Source: Balanoglossus misakiensis
Lineage: Eukaryota; Animalia; Hemichordata
Direction of reading: 5' to 3'
Assembly (NCBI GenBank): GCA_040954595.2
Contig: CM082591.2
Span: 7,120,047 to 7,184,046, forward strand
DNA length: 64,000 nucleotides
In this document: piece after piece, positions 53,608 through 64,000 of the stretch
Position numbering within the stretch: position 1 is the first letter of the stretch
How the letters are laid out: each line of letters begins with the position of its first letter
The notes under the pieces: model-generated
Seen by the model: the letters and a program-made list of their open reading frames with translations, nothing else
The model's database searches: none
What the model was told of the DNA's origin: nothing
Translations under genes and position numbers: made by a program

Positions 53608-53772
53608 TTTAAGCTCCAACTATTCTGTCAATCACAGTAGGACATGATGCAACATGCAGACTATGGTTAATATTTAATCCTTCATGTTGTGGCCTGGCTT
53701 TACACTGACTGTGACCTCATTTGACCTTTAGGGAGCTGCTTTACAATCATGTCATATCACGTAGTATACCGG

Positions 53773-54281
53773 GGGTGCGTTCGATGCACAAAGCGTTTTG
53801 TGAATGCTTGCGCCAGGCGCTTTTGTACTTCGTCGAACGATAAGCTTGCCTCTCACAAGAGGGCGCTGTCAATGACCTTTGGCTTTTCAGAGACAGCGGC
53901 CGTCAGCAAGAACGTCCCGGTGCGCATACAAGGACATGATTCCGGAAGTGCATACCCCTTTTAAACCGTTTTACACAAGACAGTAGCGGCACAACCCATG
54001 TGAATTGGTTTATTGATTGAGAAAAAATACAAGCTTTCGCTTGGTAAAACTATCACTACCTAAATCGACAAATATTCTGCTACTTCTTCGAAAATATGCC
54101 CTGCGAGTCGTACTTCGGCTTACATGTCCGCCATTTTGAATTAATGAGATGTTCGCCGCGAGTCACCTCCGTCTTATGCCTTCCATTGTTACAAAACGTT
54201 AGCGAAAAACAAAGACAAAAGATCGTTCGACATGAAAACGTTTCCGAACGTTCCCGAACGATTCGTACGTCGAACGCACCC
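53773..54281. mobile_element. MITE with TIR GGGTGCGTTCGA and 3-bp flanking duplication (PIF/Harbinger-like)
   Basis: cgg|GGGTGCGTTCGA...TCGAACGCACCC|cgg. Confidence 0.75.
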
Positions 54282-54940
54282 CGGTAGAGTACGCAGCTCC
54301 CTATCTACACTGCGTAGTGGTGTCTTGATTGATTAAGGAGTGGAATAGTCGAGTGTCTCGTGTTGAGTCGGATGTTGACCAAGGTGACGGCGTGTGTTTT
54401 CCTCACTCGTCATCACAACTTGCTGAATGATATACCATAATCTTGGATGCGTAACCTCGGGTGGGTGGGAGGGCGCTATCTGTCCCACAACGCTGTGATA
54501 AGGCACACATAGTACCCTGGGTAGCCCCCTTATATATACCATCTTATGCATATTCATTTTGGTTAGCCAATCACTACTCAGTATATATAGCTCCCTATCT
54601 ACACTGCGTAGTGGTGTCTTGATTGATTAAGGAGTGGAATGGTCGTGTGTCTCGTGCCTCTACGATATTTTCCTAATATCAACATATTCAAGGACACACC
54701 TCTCTCCAATCCTCATCATCGACCCATTTCCTCCCACGCACCCCACACATATACATACACACTTTTCCTTTTCCTGGCCACTAAATTTACCATACCGATG
54801 GACACCGTCTTAATTATGAACATATTGTCAGGATTCTGGGATGGCTTCTGTGTTTATTCACTTATGTACGCAATTATAAGCTTTCAAAATATCTCATTTT
54901 GTCTGATATCCGTCAATTCATTGGTCCTGAAACTTGGTGC

Positions 54941-56268
54941 CTATTGAAACTTATGCTCTGTCGAGGGGAAAGCCACTGAGGCCCCCTTTAGTTCGTTACA
55001 TGTTTTATATACACCGTGTACATCTGCCACTGCCTCTTGTTGTAGTCGTACCGCGGGAGAGAATGGGAGCATGACTTTAGACATTTGCATGTAATATGAA
55101 GCAGTGGATTCCTGCGACCACCCTACATGTTGCATTATCTCTGGTACTGATGATCCTAACATGGCCAACGCGATGGCACAGGCACTACGGAAACTGTGTA
55201 CAGTCTCCCCCTGGTACATTCCTATCTTTCCACAGTAAAATCTCAACCTAGAATTGGCGGCATTGGTTGACAAAGAAATATTTTCTATTTTCCCATCTCT
55301 AGTAGTTGAACGAAAGAGAAAACCTGGGTTGAGACTGATACTAAGTGATTGTGTCATTTCAACATACTCAGTCAGTGCTGTAACGGGGCATATTAAAGTA
55401 TTTTCATTCGTAAATATCGCACAAGGTCTCGTTTTACCATCTCGTAGAGTTTTACCCCATACATGATTGATAAGGAGCCCGCCATTAGGTAGATTTATTA
55501 TGTTATCTGTGTTAACAATTAGCAAATCTCCTGCTCTGCTCCCTGTGAATAGCAATGTAAGAAACAAATCTCTTGCCAATATATATGCATGGCATGGGTC
55601 GATATCTAGAAACCTTTCTAGTTGCGAGTTGATATACTTAACTATATTCTCAACTGTTTCTGTTGTTCTAGGAATTGCCTGCTTTGTATTAGATTCTGTT
55701 TCATTTGTTCCTCTGTCACTATCTTTAAGTATTGTTTAACTGTCTTATCAGCAGCTGGGTTTCCAAAACCAAACCTAGCATTCCATTCACCACTTCTATC
55801 CTCCTTTTCAAAGATTGATCTCAGTTGGCCGATATATGAATCCACTGTTTTGAAGGCGAGTCGGTTCGGACACAGGCATGGGTCTGAACGTGAGCAGGGT
55901 CCATCATGTACTACAGTACGACCGCTCTTATCTTTCCACACAAGGAATCTAAGCACATCTTTCGGTGTAGCTGAGGTAATCGTCTTTGGGGGTTCAATAC
56001 TTCCAAGGAATACTTCGAACTCGGATTGAAGTTTAGACTTTCGTTGTGTATATGGCGTCGCTTGAAGTTTCCCTTGAAGTTCTGCTATTCTCGTATCGAG
56101 GGCTTCAATATCAACTGGTGAAGGCTGAGGGCGCTCTGCCTCACAGACGTCAGCAAGACGTCTTGTTCCACATTGCTGGCAGAAGTTAAAGTTAACATCA
56201 TTTGGGTAGTGGCATTCCCTACATTGCTCTGCCGGTAACCATAGTCGTGGGGTACCTACCATCAGCAT
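54941..56268 (-). pseudogene. Tyrosine recombinase with N-terminal Zn-ribbon and ALOG domain (frameshifted into two ORFs)
   Basis: Catalytic TGSRAGDL, GKT, HSFR, HVGW and YY in 54941-55579; CxxC..CxxC and GRTVVH..C..CLCP.RLA..TVDSYIGQLR...NP in 55642-56268. Confidence 0.88.
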
Positions 56269-56687
56269 GTCCCCCTGTTAACAAATTATCATGAAAACAC
56301 GACAATGAGTACTATTGGTAATACATCTTTATTATTTAACAAACACTATCTTTCGGAACGCATGTGGTAGCCGCTTTGAACATTTGGTACATTGTCACAA
56401 CACATGCTATTTCTACAAATTTGTCTACAATTATACACCAATGATCACACTGTGTCGTCATACATTGGTTATTTAATATTCTAAACCACTTCCCTGTAAC
56501 ATTTTCCACTTCATCTTCATAATTTCGTTATATCTCGTTTTAATGAGATGCGTTCCTGTACTTTCATTATAATATTATTTGTATTCCACATTCAGCCGTA
56601 TTGTTGAAAGCCGAAATGAAAACGGCAGAGCCAGACATCGTACAGGGCTGGCACTGGTTCCCAATAGCCCATTTTTGTGGGAACCTC

Positions 56688-57083
56688 TCAGACTTTATCT
56701 CCTGCACGTGCTATTTTGATCATCCTTAGAGCCTGATTTTCTACTATAGGCCACCAATATAAACATGGCGACAGTTGTGGTACGATCATGGACACAAACG
56801 CTCGTTCGTCCTGTAGAAATTTAAGTACGGGGCCAATCATGTTAAATGGTGGGAATGCATAACAATTTTCCCCTTGTAGGCTTTGTGTGAATACATCAAC
56901 ACCTGATGAGTTGGGAGTCCTCCATGGTGTGTAATGTTTTAAGGGGCGCCCGTTCCTATTTTTCTGTACATTGGAGTCAAGGGCCATTAAATCTACTGTA
57001 TGATCACCAAATTCATTTTCTACTAGATCCCAATATATCGGGAGGAGGTGAGCATCCACCGCTGACAGTCTACGTGATGGCAT
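56688..57083 (-). pseudogene. DNA N6-adenine methyltransferase-like domain of the YR retrotransposon
   Basis: VDLMALDSN and YAFPPF motifs directly downstream of RNase H, as in DIRS/PAT pol. Confidence 0.75.
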
Positions 57084-57138
57084 GGACTGTCAGCAGGGTT
57101 GTCAGCCGATGCAATATAGTCAATGTCAAGTATGATGT

Positions 57139-58778
57139 TTAGGTCATCCACCATCTCGTACAGATGGTACAATGCATCATAACCTCCATACTTCGTGTGC
57201 CCATATTCTTCCAGCCGTGCACTGCAACTTTATTATCCACCTGTGCCTTAACCCTAGTGTTACTAACTATATCTCTATGGGCACCAAGAACATTTTTAAG
57301 TGCTTTGACTTCCTTATATGCGATAGATTTGTTTCTCAACCCATGGGGCCAATAGTCGCCAACTGTTTCCCTTCCCGATGTACGTACAATACCGCCCCAT
57401 CCTCCCAGTGAGGCATCACTTACTAGCGAGATTTCTACGTGTTTCTCCGTTCTCCATCGCGCCCAATCCTTGCCGGTATCAATTCTCCTCCAATCTGCTA
57501 TCTCTTTACGTAGGGCCCTGGTTAGTGGTATCTGTGAGCTACTGCTATGTGCTGTAGCTATGGCTTTGGCAACCCTTCTCACAAATAATCTTGCTACTGG
57601 TACTGCCAAGGTGAATGAAACACATTTTCCCAGAAAACGTTGAAGGGTGGTAACACTGACACTCTTTCTTTTAAGTAGAAATTCTCTAAGCTTTCCAAAC
57701 TTGTGCTTTTTTGGTTCTGGTATCGTAAAAACCATCCTCTGAGTGTCCACACCAAAACCTAGATACTCTAAAATTTGCGTTGGTTGGAGAATACATTTAC
57801 TTAGCCCAAGTGTGTAGCCCAACTCTATCATAACATAACACATTATGAAACAGGCAGCCTCTGCTTTCTCGAAGTCACTCATGATTCATTACCAGTTGCC
57901 CTGCATGTCTATCATCGATATCAAGATTAGACGGTACACCACATCTCCGATCTTCATTCATTGCAGATAAGCCTATTGTTTGGTATATGTATGGCGAACA
58001 TTTCCAGCCGAATGGGAGGGTCGTTGGTACGTACCAAAATCCACCCACTGTATCCCCATTAGGGCTCTACTTGAAAAACTTAAATGTACATGGTCATAAC
58101 CACTCTTGTCATCTATTTTTGTCTGGTAGTGATTTGTCCCCATGTACCTAGGCAGATTAGTGACCAGTTCCAATTTGAAAGGCATGTCTTTGATCCAATT
58201 ATTTAAATATCTCTGATCGTGACAGAGTCGGGGTTTTGTCGGTTCGATCGTTATAGCGGCATTACAATATAGGGTGGTGGTACCTTGCCAACTCTGCCCC
58301 AAATTTCCAGGGCCCCGGATTTGATTCTATCCAGTATCGTAGATGAAATAAAATCCTTATATCCACGACAATTCGGATTGTTAGGGAGGTATTTACTTGG
58401 AGGAAAGCTAAAATCATATTCAACACCACCTATTTCGCCACTAAAGGGTTTGATGAAGTCAAAGACTGATACGCCATTCTCTATCCACCTCCCCACTTGT
58501 CTCTCGTTATCTTGATCTTTAAGTATACCAAAGCATTTTTCTTTCTGTGTATGAACCCCTCCGGCTAGAAAATAATCTGGGTCTCGAAATCTTAGCTGTT
58601 TAGCCGATACTCGCAGTCCGTTATCTAATACGTGTTTCGGATGGGGTATCACCGATGAGGGCGCTGCAGAACCGTTCCAAGCAACATATTTAACTTCCCT
58701 TGACAGGTGTTCAAGATAGGCGGCATTCGGGTCCAGGTGTATCACCTTCTCCCATTCTGGAATGTCAGGGGTGTATAC
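57139..58778 (-). pseudogene. Reverse transcriptase and RNase H of the YR retrotransposon (several frameshifts)
   Basis: KPRLCHDQRYLN, DDKSGYDH, degenerate DIDD (for YIDD) at ~57915, EYLGF, and RNase H SDASLGGWGG...E...DN. Confidence 0.88.
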
Positions 58779-59045
58779 CTACAACGGGACAGAACATTTC
58801 ACTAGGGTTGATCTTTATCCAGTATCAAATTCTGGGATGGGATTCAGCTCTTATTAACCTACATGGCATGGGGTGAAAACCCCGCCTGGTTAACAGGAAG
58901 GAATGTAATTAGAATACAGGGTCCTTCCCCCAGTCACGCCTTTCCTGGATACGTTTCACAAAATCCTTGTTTAATTTCTTAGCTTTACCAAATATAATGC
59001 ATCTATCCAACGTGCACATTCGTACAATAAACAGGAGACTATTTA

Positions 59046-59615
59046 AGCAATAACCCCCGCCGCAGGCGGGTATACACGAGATTTGGGTACAATTCGAGAC
59101 ATATAGCATGAGCCGTCAGGCGAGTGCTATATAGAGCGAATTGTACCCAAATCGAGTGTATACCCGACTGAGGCGGGGGTTATTGCTATTATATTATATC
59201 AACAACTGTTTTTGTGGCATATCAGTGTCATTTTCTTACCGAAACGGCGTCAGAAAGAGAAATTACGATCGTGAACCAAAATGGTGACGACGAATGTAAA
59301 CACGCGCGGCCGGGATCGAGCATTAAACATGAAGCAGACGACAAAAAGTGACAAGACGGGCATCGCGCGTGGCAAAGCGACAAATATATCCACCGAGCAG
59401 TTCCAAAATAAAACGTCCGTTAATTCAACAGTATTTTTGTTTTATTTATTTGGTTAAAACACGCGCGACTGTGGTTTAACCGCACATTTTTGCTGCCGAA
59501 TGCTAGTTCAGGGGCCCGTTTTACCACTGCTAGCCATGGTAAAACAGTATTTTACCATCGCTGGATTCAGCTCTCGTCCAATCAGAATCGCGGACGGTAG
59601 CATGATATAATATAA
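59046..59615. mobile_element. Hairpin-terminated non-autonomous element nested in the YR retrotransposon
   Basis: Palindrome 59046-59187 centred on GAGCCGTCAGGCGAG; core bounded by attatatca...tgatataat. Confidence 0.65.
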
Positions 59616-59732
59616 TCATGCTTAGAAAACATTTGATCAGCGGTATATTGAATCATTTACAGTGAAGAATGGAACAAAGTGCAAGTTCAGATTTCAACCT
59701 GTACGTCGCCTTCACTTCGCATAACTCATTTT

Positions 59733-61009
59733 CTATTTTCTGTCTCTATCTCTGTAACTTCTGCTCGTTCTATCATATCTATCGTCTCTCACATAACAAT
59801 TTCGAGCGATGTGCCCAGCCCTGTGGCATCTCCAACATCTCATTCTGTTTCTCGTCTTACGTTGCTCCATCAGGGTAACACTCCCCATTGCCTTCTTAAC
59901 TTTTGCGATGTTTTCAATGATTTCCGCGTGTTCCCCAGACCCAATCAGGGCCAACAACATTTGTGGCAGTGCCTTCTTTCCTTTCTTAGGGCTCGCATCA
60001 TTGCAACATATTTCGGATAGTCCTGGTGTCTGACATCAAATGCAGTGTCGGTGACCATTTGTAGACGAGCGAGTGGTTCCTCAGCGTTGAAAATGGCGGC
60101 ATCTCGTTCTGCATACAGTCTCAGCTCCATTAACTCTCTCTCAAATCTCTCGTTTGCCAACTGTAGCGAAGTTCGGGCGTCTCCCCCTGAGGGTCCTGGC
60201 ACATCTTTACCAACAACTTGTCCTACCTGTGAAAACAGAAGTGACACGTCACCATTGTATACGTACTAGTGGAATTGCTATGGTCACCAAACCACCTGTT
60301 GATTTCGTTCATTACATCATACTATCTCATTACCATGTACTCATCTGTATTTCAAATATTCATATTGGGCACAATTCCCATGCCACATCAGCTTTTTTCT
60401 TTCATGTAATTTCTTTCCTTTCTTCCTCCCTCGTCTCTTCTCTAGTCAGTTATGGGGACGAACTCTACTTTCGTCTACCAAAACTTCTTATGTCGCACAT
60501 AAACCCGGGGACGAACTACATATCGTCTACCATCTTTTCTCTACGTACCATGTGATTCAGGGGACGAACCTCATGTATCTTATTACATTATTATCGTCTA
60601 CCCAACTTCTCCGTGCCTGTCAGCACATCAACTCTCGTCAAACCCATACCTTATCATTCTACATGGGGACGAACTAATATCACTACCGACGTGATGTCTT
60701 GCATTCCGTAAGTCTCAATGAAGATATCGGAAACTACCAAGCAGCTTGTGTAATACCGAAATATCAGGGTACATTAGAGGGTATACAAATGAGACTTACC
60801 GCATTTGCTCTCTGTTCAGTACTGGCCATTGTAGTTGACGCTCCAGCCGACATTGTCGTGGCACCTGACGTTGAAACTGTCACTATCGGTTAAGTTACTG
60901 AGGGCGTGGCCACTCTAGTCGTTGACATTCTTGTCACCGTGGAGGTAGTGATAATAGGTGTCTGCAGCACCGTAACGGCTGTCGTCGTTGTAGGTTGGTT
61001 CGTAGCCAT
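59733..61009 (-). pseudogene. gag-like ORF (Thr-rich first exon 60800-61009; second exon 59733-60226 with CCHC knuckle)
   Basis: CWRCHRAGHIARNC zinc knuckle; putative phase-0 intron 60227-60799; one stop and one frameshift. Confidence 0.7.
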
Positions 61010-61102
61010 AGTAAGGTTGTGATGAGGATCGAGGATGTGATACTTTCAGCTGTCTGTCCCACTACGCTGTGATAAGGCACACATGGTACCCTGGGTAGCC
61101 CC

Positions 61103-61145
61103 CTTATATATGCCATCTTATGCATATTCATTTTGGTTAGCCAAT
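61103..61145 (-). promoter_or_regulatory. Putative TATA box (TATATAAG) and CCAAT box in repeat A1 of the retrotransposon
   Basis: Minus strand reads ATTGG ...30 nt... TATATAAG, about 95 nt upstream of the gag ATG; conserved in A2. Confidence 0.5.
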
Positions 61146-61296
61146 CACTACTCAGTATAGATAGTCATGAATATGTCACAATACTAATTACATACTGTCA
61201 AGTTTTCCCTGAAACAAATTTCACCATCACCTACCGATACAGCAGTATTATACCGCACTGTATACTGGTATACTTCTTCCCAGCAGGAATGTAATT

Positions 61297-63415
61297 ATGT
61301 CAGAACCATCTGCAGCACTGGTTGTATTGAAATCATGGGACAAGGAGGCAAAAACCTCCCAACCAACTCAAGCTATAATCAAACATCTCAAAGAAAACAC
61401 ACTCCAGTCTGAGAATGTTTCTGAATTCCTCTGTACTACCCTTGAAGTTGAAGTTAGTGAAGAACAAGAGAAAGATGCAGAGAGTGTTGATGCTACTTTG
61501 ATCCCAGCTGTAAGAGACAAGAGGTTGAATCCTACTGAAGACCCCCCTGGAGTACTCTGGCTTATTCACCATGGTACATACTTCCCAGGACTGAAGAAAC
61601 TGAAAAACATCCAACATGTAGTCGGATATTCTCCACAGACACAAAATGCAGCCGCAGCAATTCATGAAAGTCTCTTCCCTGAAGCCAAACTTCACCAACT
61701 CAGTCTTCCTGACCCACCACCTGTGGCAGCATTAATGGTCATGCAAACCTGGCAGACAGAATCAGAAGATCAGACAACAACACCAACTAACAAACTTGTC
61801 ACTGAATTTCGAGAAGAAAAACTGAAGCCAGATGAAGTTTCTGAATTCAACTGTACTACCCTTGAAGTTGAAGTGAGTGAAGAACAAAAGAAAGATGCAG
61901 AGAGTGTTGGTGCTACTTTGATCCCAGCTGTAAGAGACAAGAGATTGGATCCTCATGAAGACCCCCCTGTAATAAACTGGCTTGTTCACCATGATACATA
62001 CTTCCCTGGACTGAAGGAACTGACAAACATCCAACATGTAGTCGGATATTCTCCAAAGACACAGAATGCAGCCAAAGCAATCCACGAAAGTCTCTTCCCT
62101 GAAGCCAAACTTCATCAACTCCATCTTCCAGATCCACCTCCTGGAGTATTATTTGTGTATGACGACTGGAACAAAGAAGATTGTGGCTTGACTGGGTTTC
62201 ACAGAACTCTTGTACAAGATTTCTCTGCAAGAAAAGTCAAAGAAGAAACACCTGTTAACGCCTACTCCACATTTGTTGGTGTCAAAGTCAGTGATGACCA
62301 GAAGGCAGATGCTGCCAAGTGTCGGGTTAAATTGATTCCAGCACAACAACTAGAAGGAATTGAACCAGATGAAGACAAGCCAGAATTAAAGTGGTTGATG
62401 TATCATAAAATCTACTTTCCTGACTTACAAAAGTTAGAAAACATCCAGTATGTTGTTGGTTATGCTCCAAGAACTGGATTGGCTGCTGCCAATATCAGAA
62501 AAAAATTGTTTCCTGATGCAGAATTAGTGATGATCAACCATGCCTATGAAGAACGCAACTGTCTGTTGAAACAACCAAAAGGGAAGTTTAGTGAAATGAT
62601 GCTAAAGCTGGCCAGTGAAGCTGACATCATATTCTCAATTGGTCCAAGTATGTATGAGCATTTCAAGAATGAATACCGGGCTACCTTTGATGGCAGGGAA
62701 CTACACATGATCCCTCATGCAGAGATTTTTCCCAGACCTGCTGAAGTCTTTTTCAGAAAAGACCCAACGTTCCTAGATGGAGTGACTACTCACAGCATAC
62801 TGACATACGGGCAGATTGATACACAAGAAGCCTTGGACAGATGTGAGACAATAGCAGCTGCTATTGGAAGTGCAGCAAACATGGTGAAAGACTTTCACAA
62901 CAAACTTCTGAATTGGTCAATACGGGGAGCAGGTGAGGCTGAACTGAAGCATATTCTACAGCAGATGAACAGCAATCATGTAATGGCATATCGTCACCCA
63001 GATTACTCAGAAAAGACCTTAATGATATCAGTGCATCAATCTCACAGTTGTCTTCCTGTCTCTGTCTACAAGGACTATCCATATAGCGGTTTAGAATCTA
63101 TAGCAGTTGGACTACCAACCTATCCTGATGAATATTCCCAGCTTGGAAAGTTAGTCAAGAAATACTTTCCATACTACGCAGAGAGATTTGTAGTGTCACA
63201 CTCATCTGATAAGATTTCGGAGAAGATAATATGGAGTGTCAAGAAGACCAGGTTAGCTTTTGAAGAAGCTAAGGAGCTGAAGAAGGCTTTCATGGAGAGT
63301 GAAGATGTCAAAAAGAGTTATGCAACATTTGCCAGTATGTTGACACCAAAGGGAAGAAAACAACAGGAAGATGAACATGACCAACGCACTAAAAAGGACA
63401 AACAAAATGCAACAG
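61297..63415 (+). CDS. First large coding exon of the second GT4-like paralogue (gene continues beyond the window)
   Basis: Intact 709-aa ORF paralogous to 20138-22294; same upstream acceptor; phase-1 donor candidate ACAG|gtacag near 63415. Confidence 0.82.
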
Positions 63416-64000
63416 GTACAGTTTAAGTAATCTTATGTTTGGTTAAGGATTCATGGTTAAGTTTTCTTTATTCTTTAACTTCAAGGCTGGATGTCTGCAC
63501 TTTGAATTCAATCCTCATTCAGATAGTGTTGCAGCATGTTAATAAATAATGTGGCTCTATAAAGTTTCCCCATAACAATACCCCAACTGTACTATTTTGT
63601 TGTTGTTGAAAGACCAGATCTAAATGCACTGGTATATGAGGTATATACCGGTATGAGGTATGATATTTTGTGTTCTATTATCAGTTTAAACTTTTTTTTA
63701 GCCAGCTAATCATTCAAACAATGAGTTTGCTTCAAACATGTCATACAGCTTAGGGCGACGTTTTTATTTTCTGTGTTTCTCATCTCCCGACCGACCGTAA
63801 ATTTCAGCTCCGACATGAAAATAAAAAAAACTGTTTTATTTGCGCCGACTCTGAGCCTGAGGCGATCATCCTAGCAACAGCGCCCCCAACGGCTAATGGT
63901 GAGATTTTGCAAATATGACGTCATATTCATCATGGCGGTCGTTTCGGACCATGGCTGAAGCCATCGAGGCCGGAGGAAAGAAATTGTAGATAATGAAAGG

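Larger units (their letters stand above)
54295..61164 (-). mobile_element. Tyrosine-recombinase (DIRS-order, PAT/Ngaro-type termini) retrotransposon, near full length, mutated
   Basis: Split direct repeats A1 61049-61164, B1 54589-54656, A2 54475-54590 and B2 54295-54362; gag, RT, RNase H, methylase-like and YR ORFs in order on the minus strand; absent from copy A (empty site ~20017). Confidence 0.93.
33489..63347 (+). repeat. Segmental tandem duplication, copy B (expanded by copy-specific insertions)
   Basis: Colinear with 630-22207 after removing insertions at ~35164-35602, 41546-42294, 52112-53607 and ~53728-61176. Confidence 0.95.

Noticed and set aside
630-63347. The duplication as an uncollapsed haplotype artefact
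   Set aside because: Not excluded without reads, but the copies differ by many independent insertions, block-divergent coding sequence and unrelated sequence after the GT exon, which favours true paralogy.

Overview
AT-rich animal genomic DNA with GT-AG introns, most likely a marine invertebrate (inference from gene and TE content). The window is dominated by a large tandem segmental duplication: copy A is ~630-22207 and copy B ~33489-63347. Each copy carries the last two exons of an ACSS3-like acyl-CoA synthetase (minus strand), a 5'-truncated LINE, hAT/THAP/integrase relics, and the large first coding exon of a glycosyltransferase-family-4-like gene. In copy A this gene can be spliced in phase across 8 exons (20138-31950, about 1595 aa): two extra GT N-lobe repeats, a GT4-like domain, a TRADD-N-like domain, a coiled coil, an acidic linker and an NHL beta-propeller. 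This looks like an innate-immunity/conflict protein, and its two paralogues differ in sharply bounded hypervariable blocks. Copy B additionally holds a near-complete but mutated tyrosine-recombinase retrotransposon (split direct repeats, gag with an apparent intron, RT/RNase H, adenine-methylase-like domain, ALOG-domain recombinase) and several MITEs. Copy A holds a newly formed 15-unit minisatellite whose two parental sequences are both visible in the window. All calls were made by eye; no searches were run.
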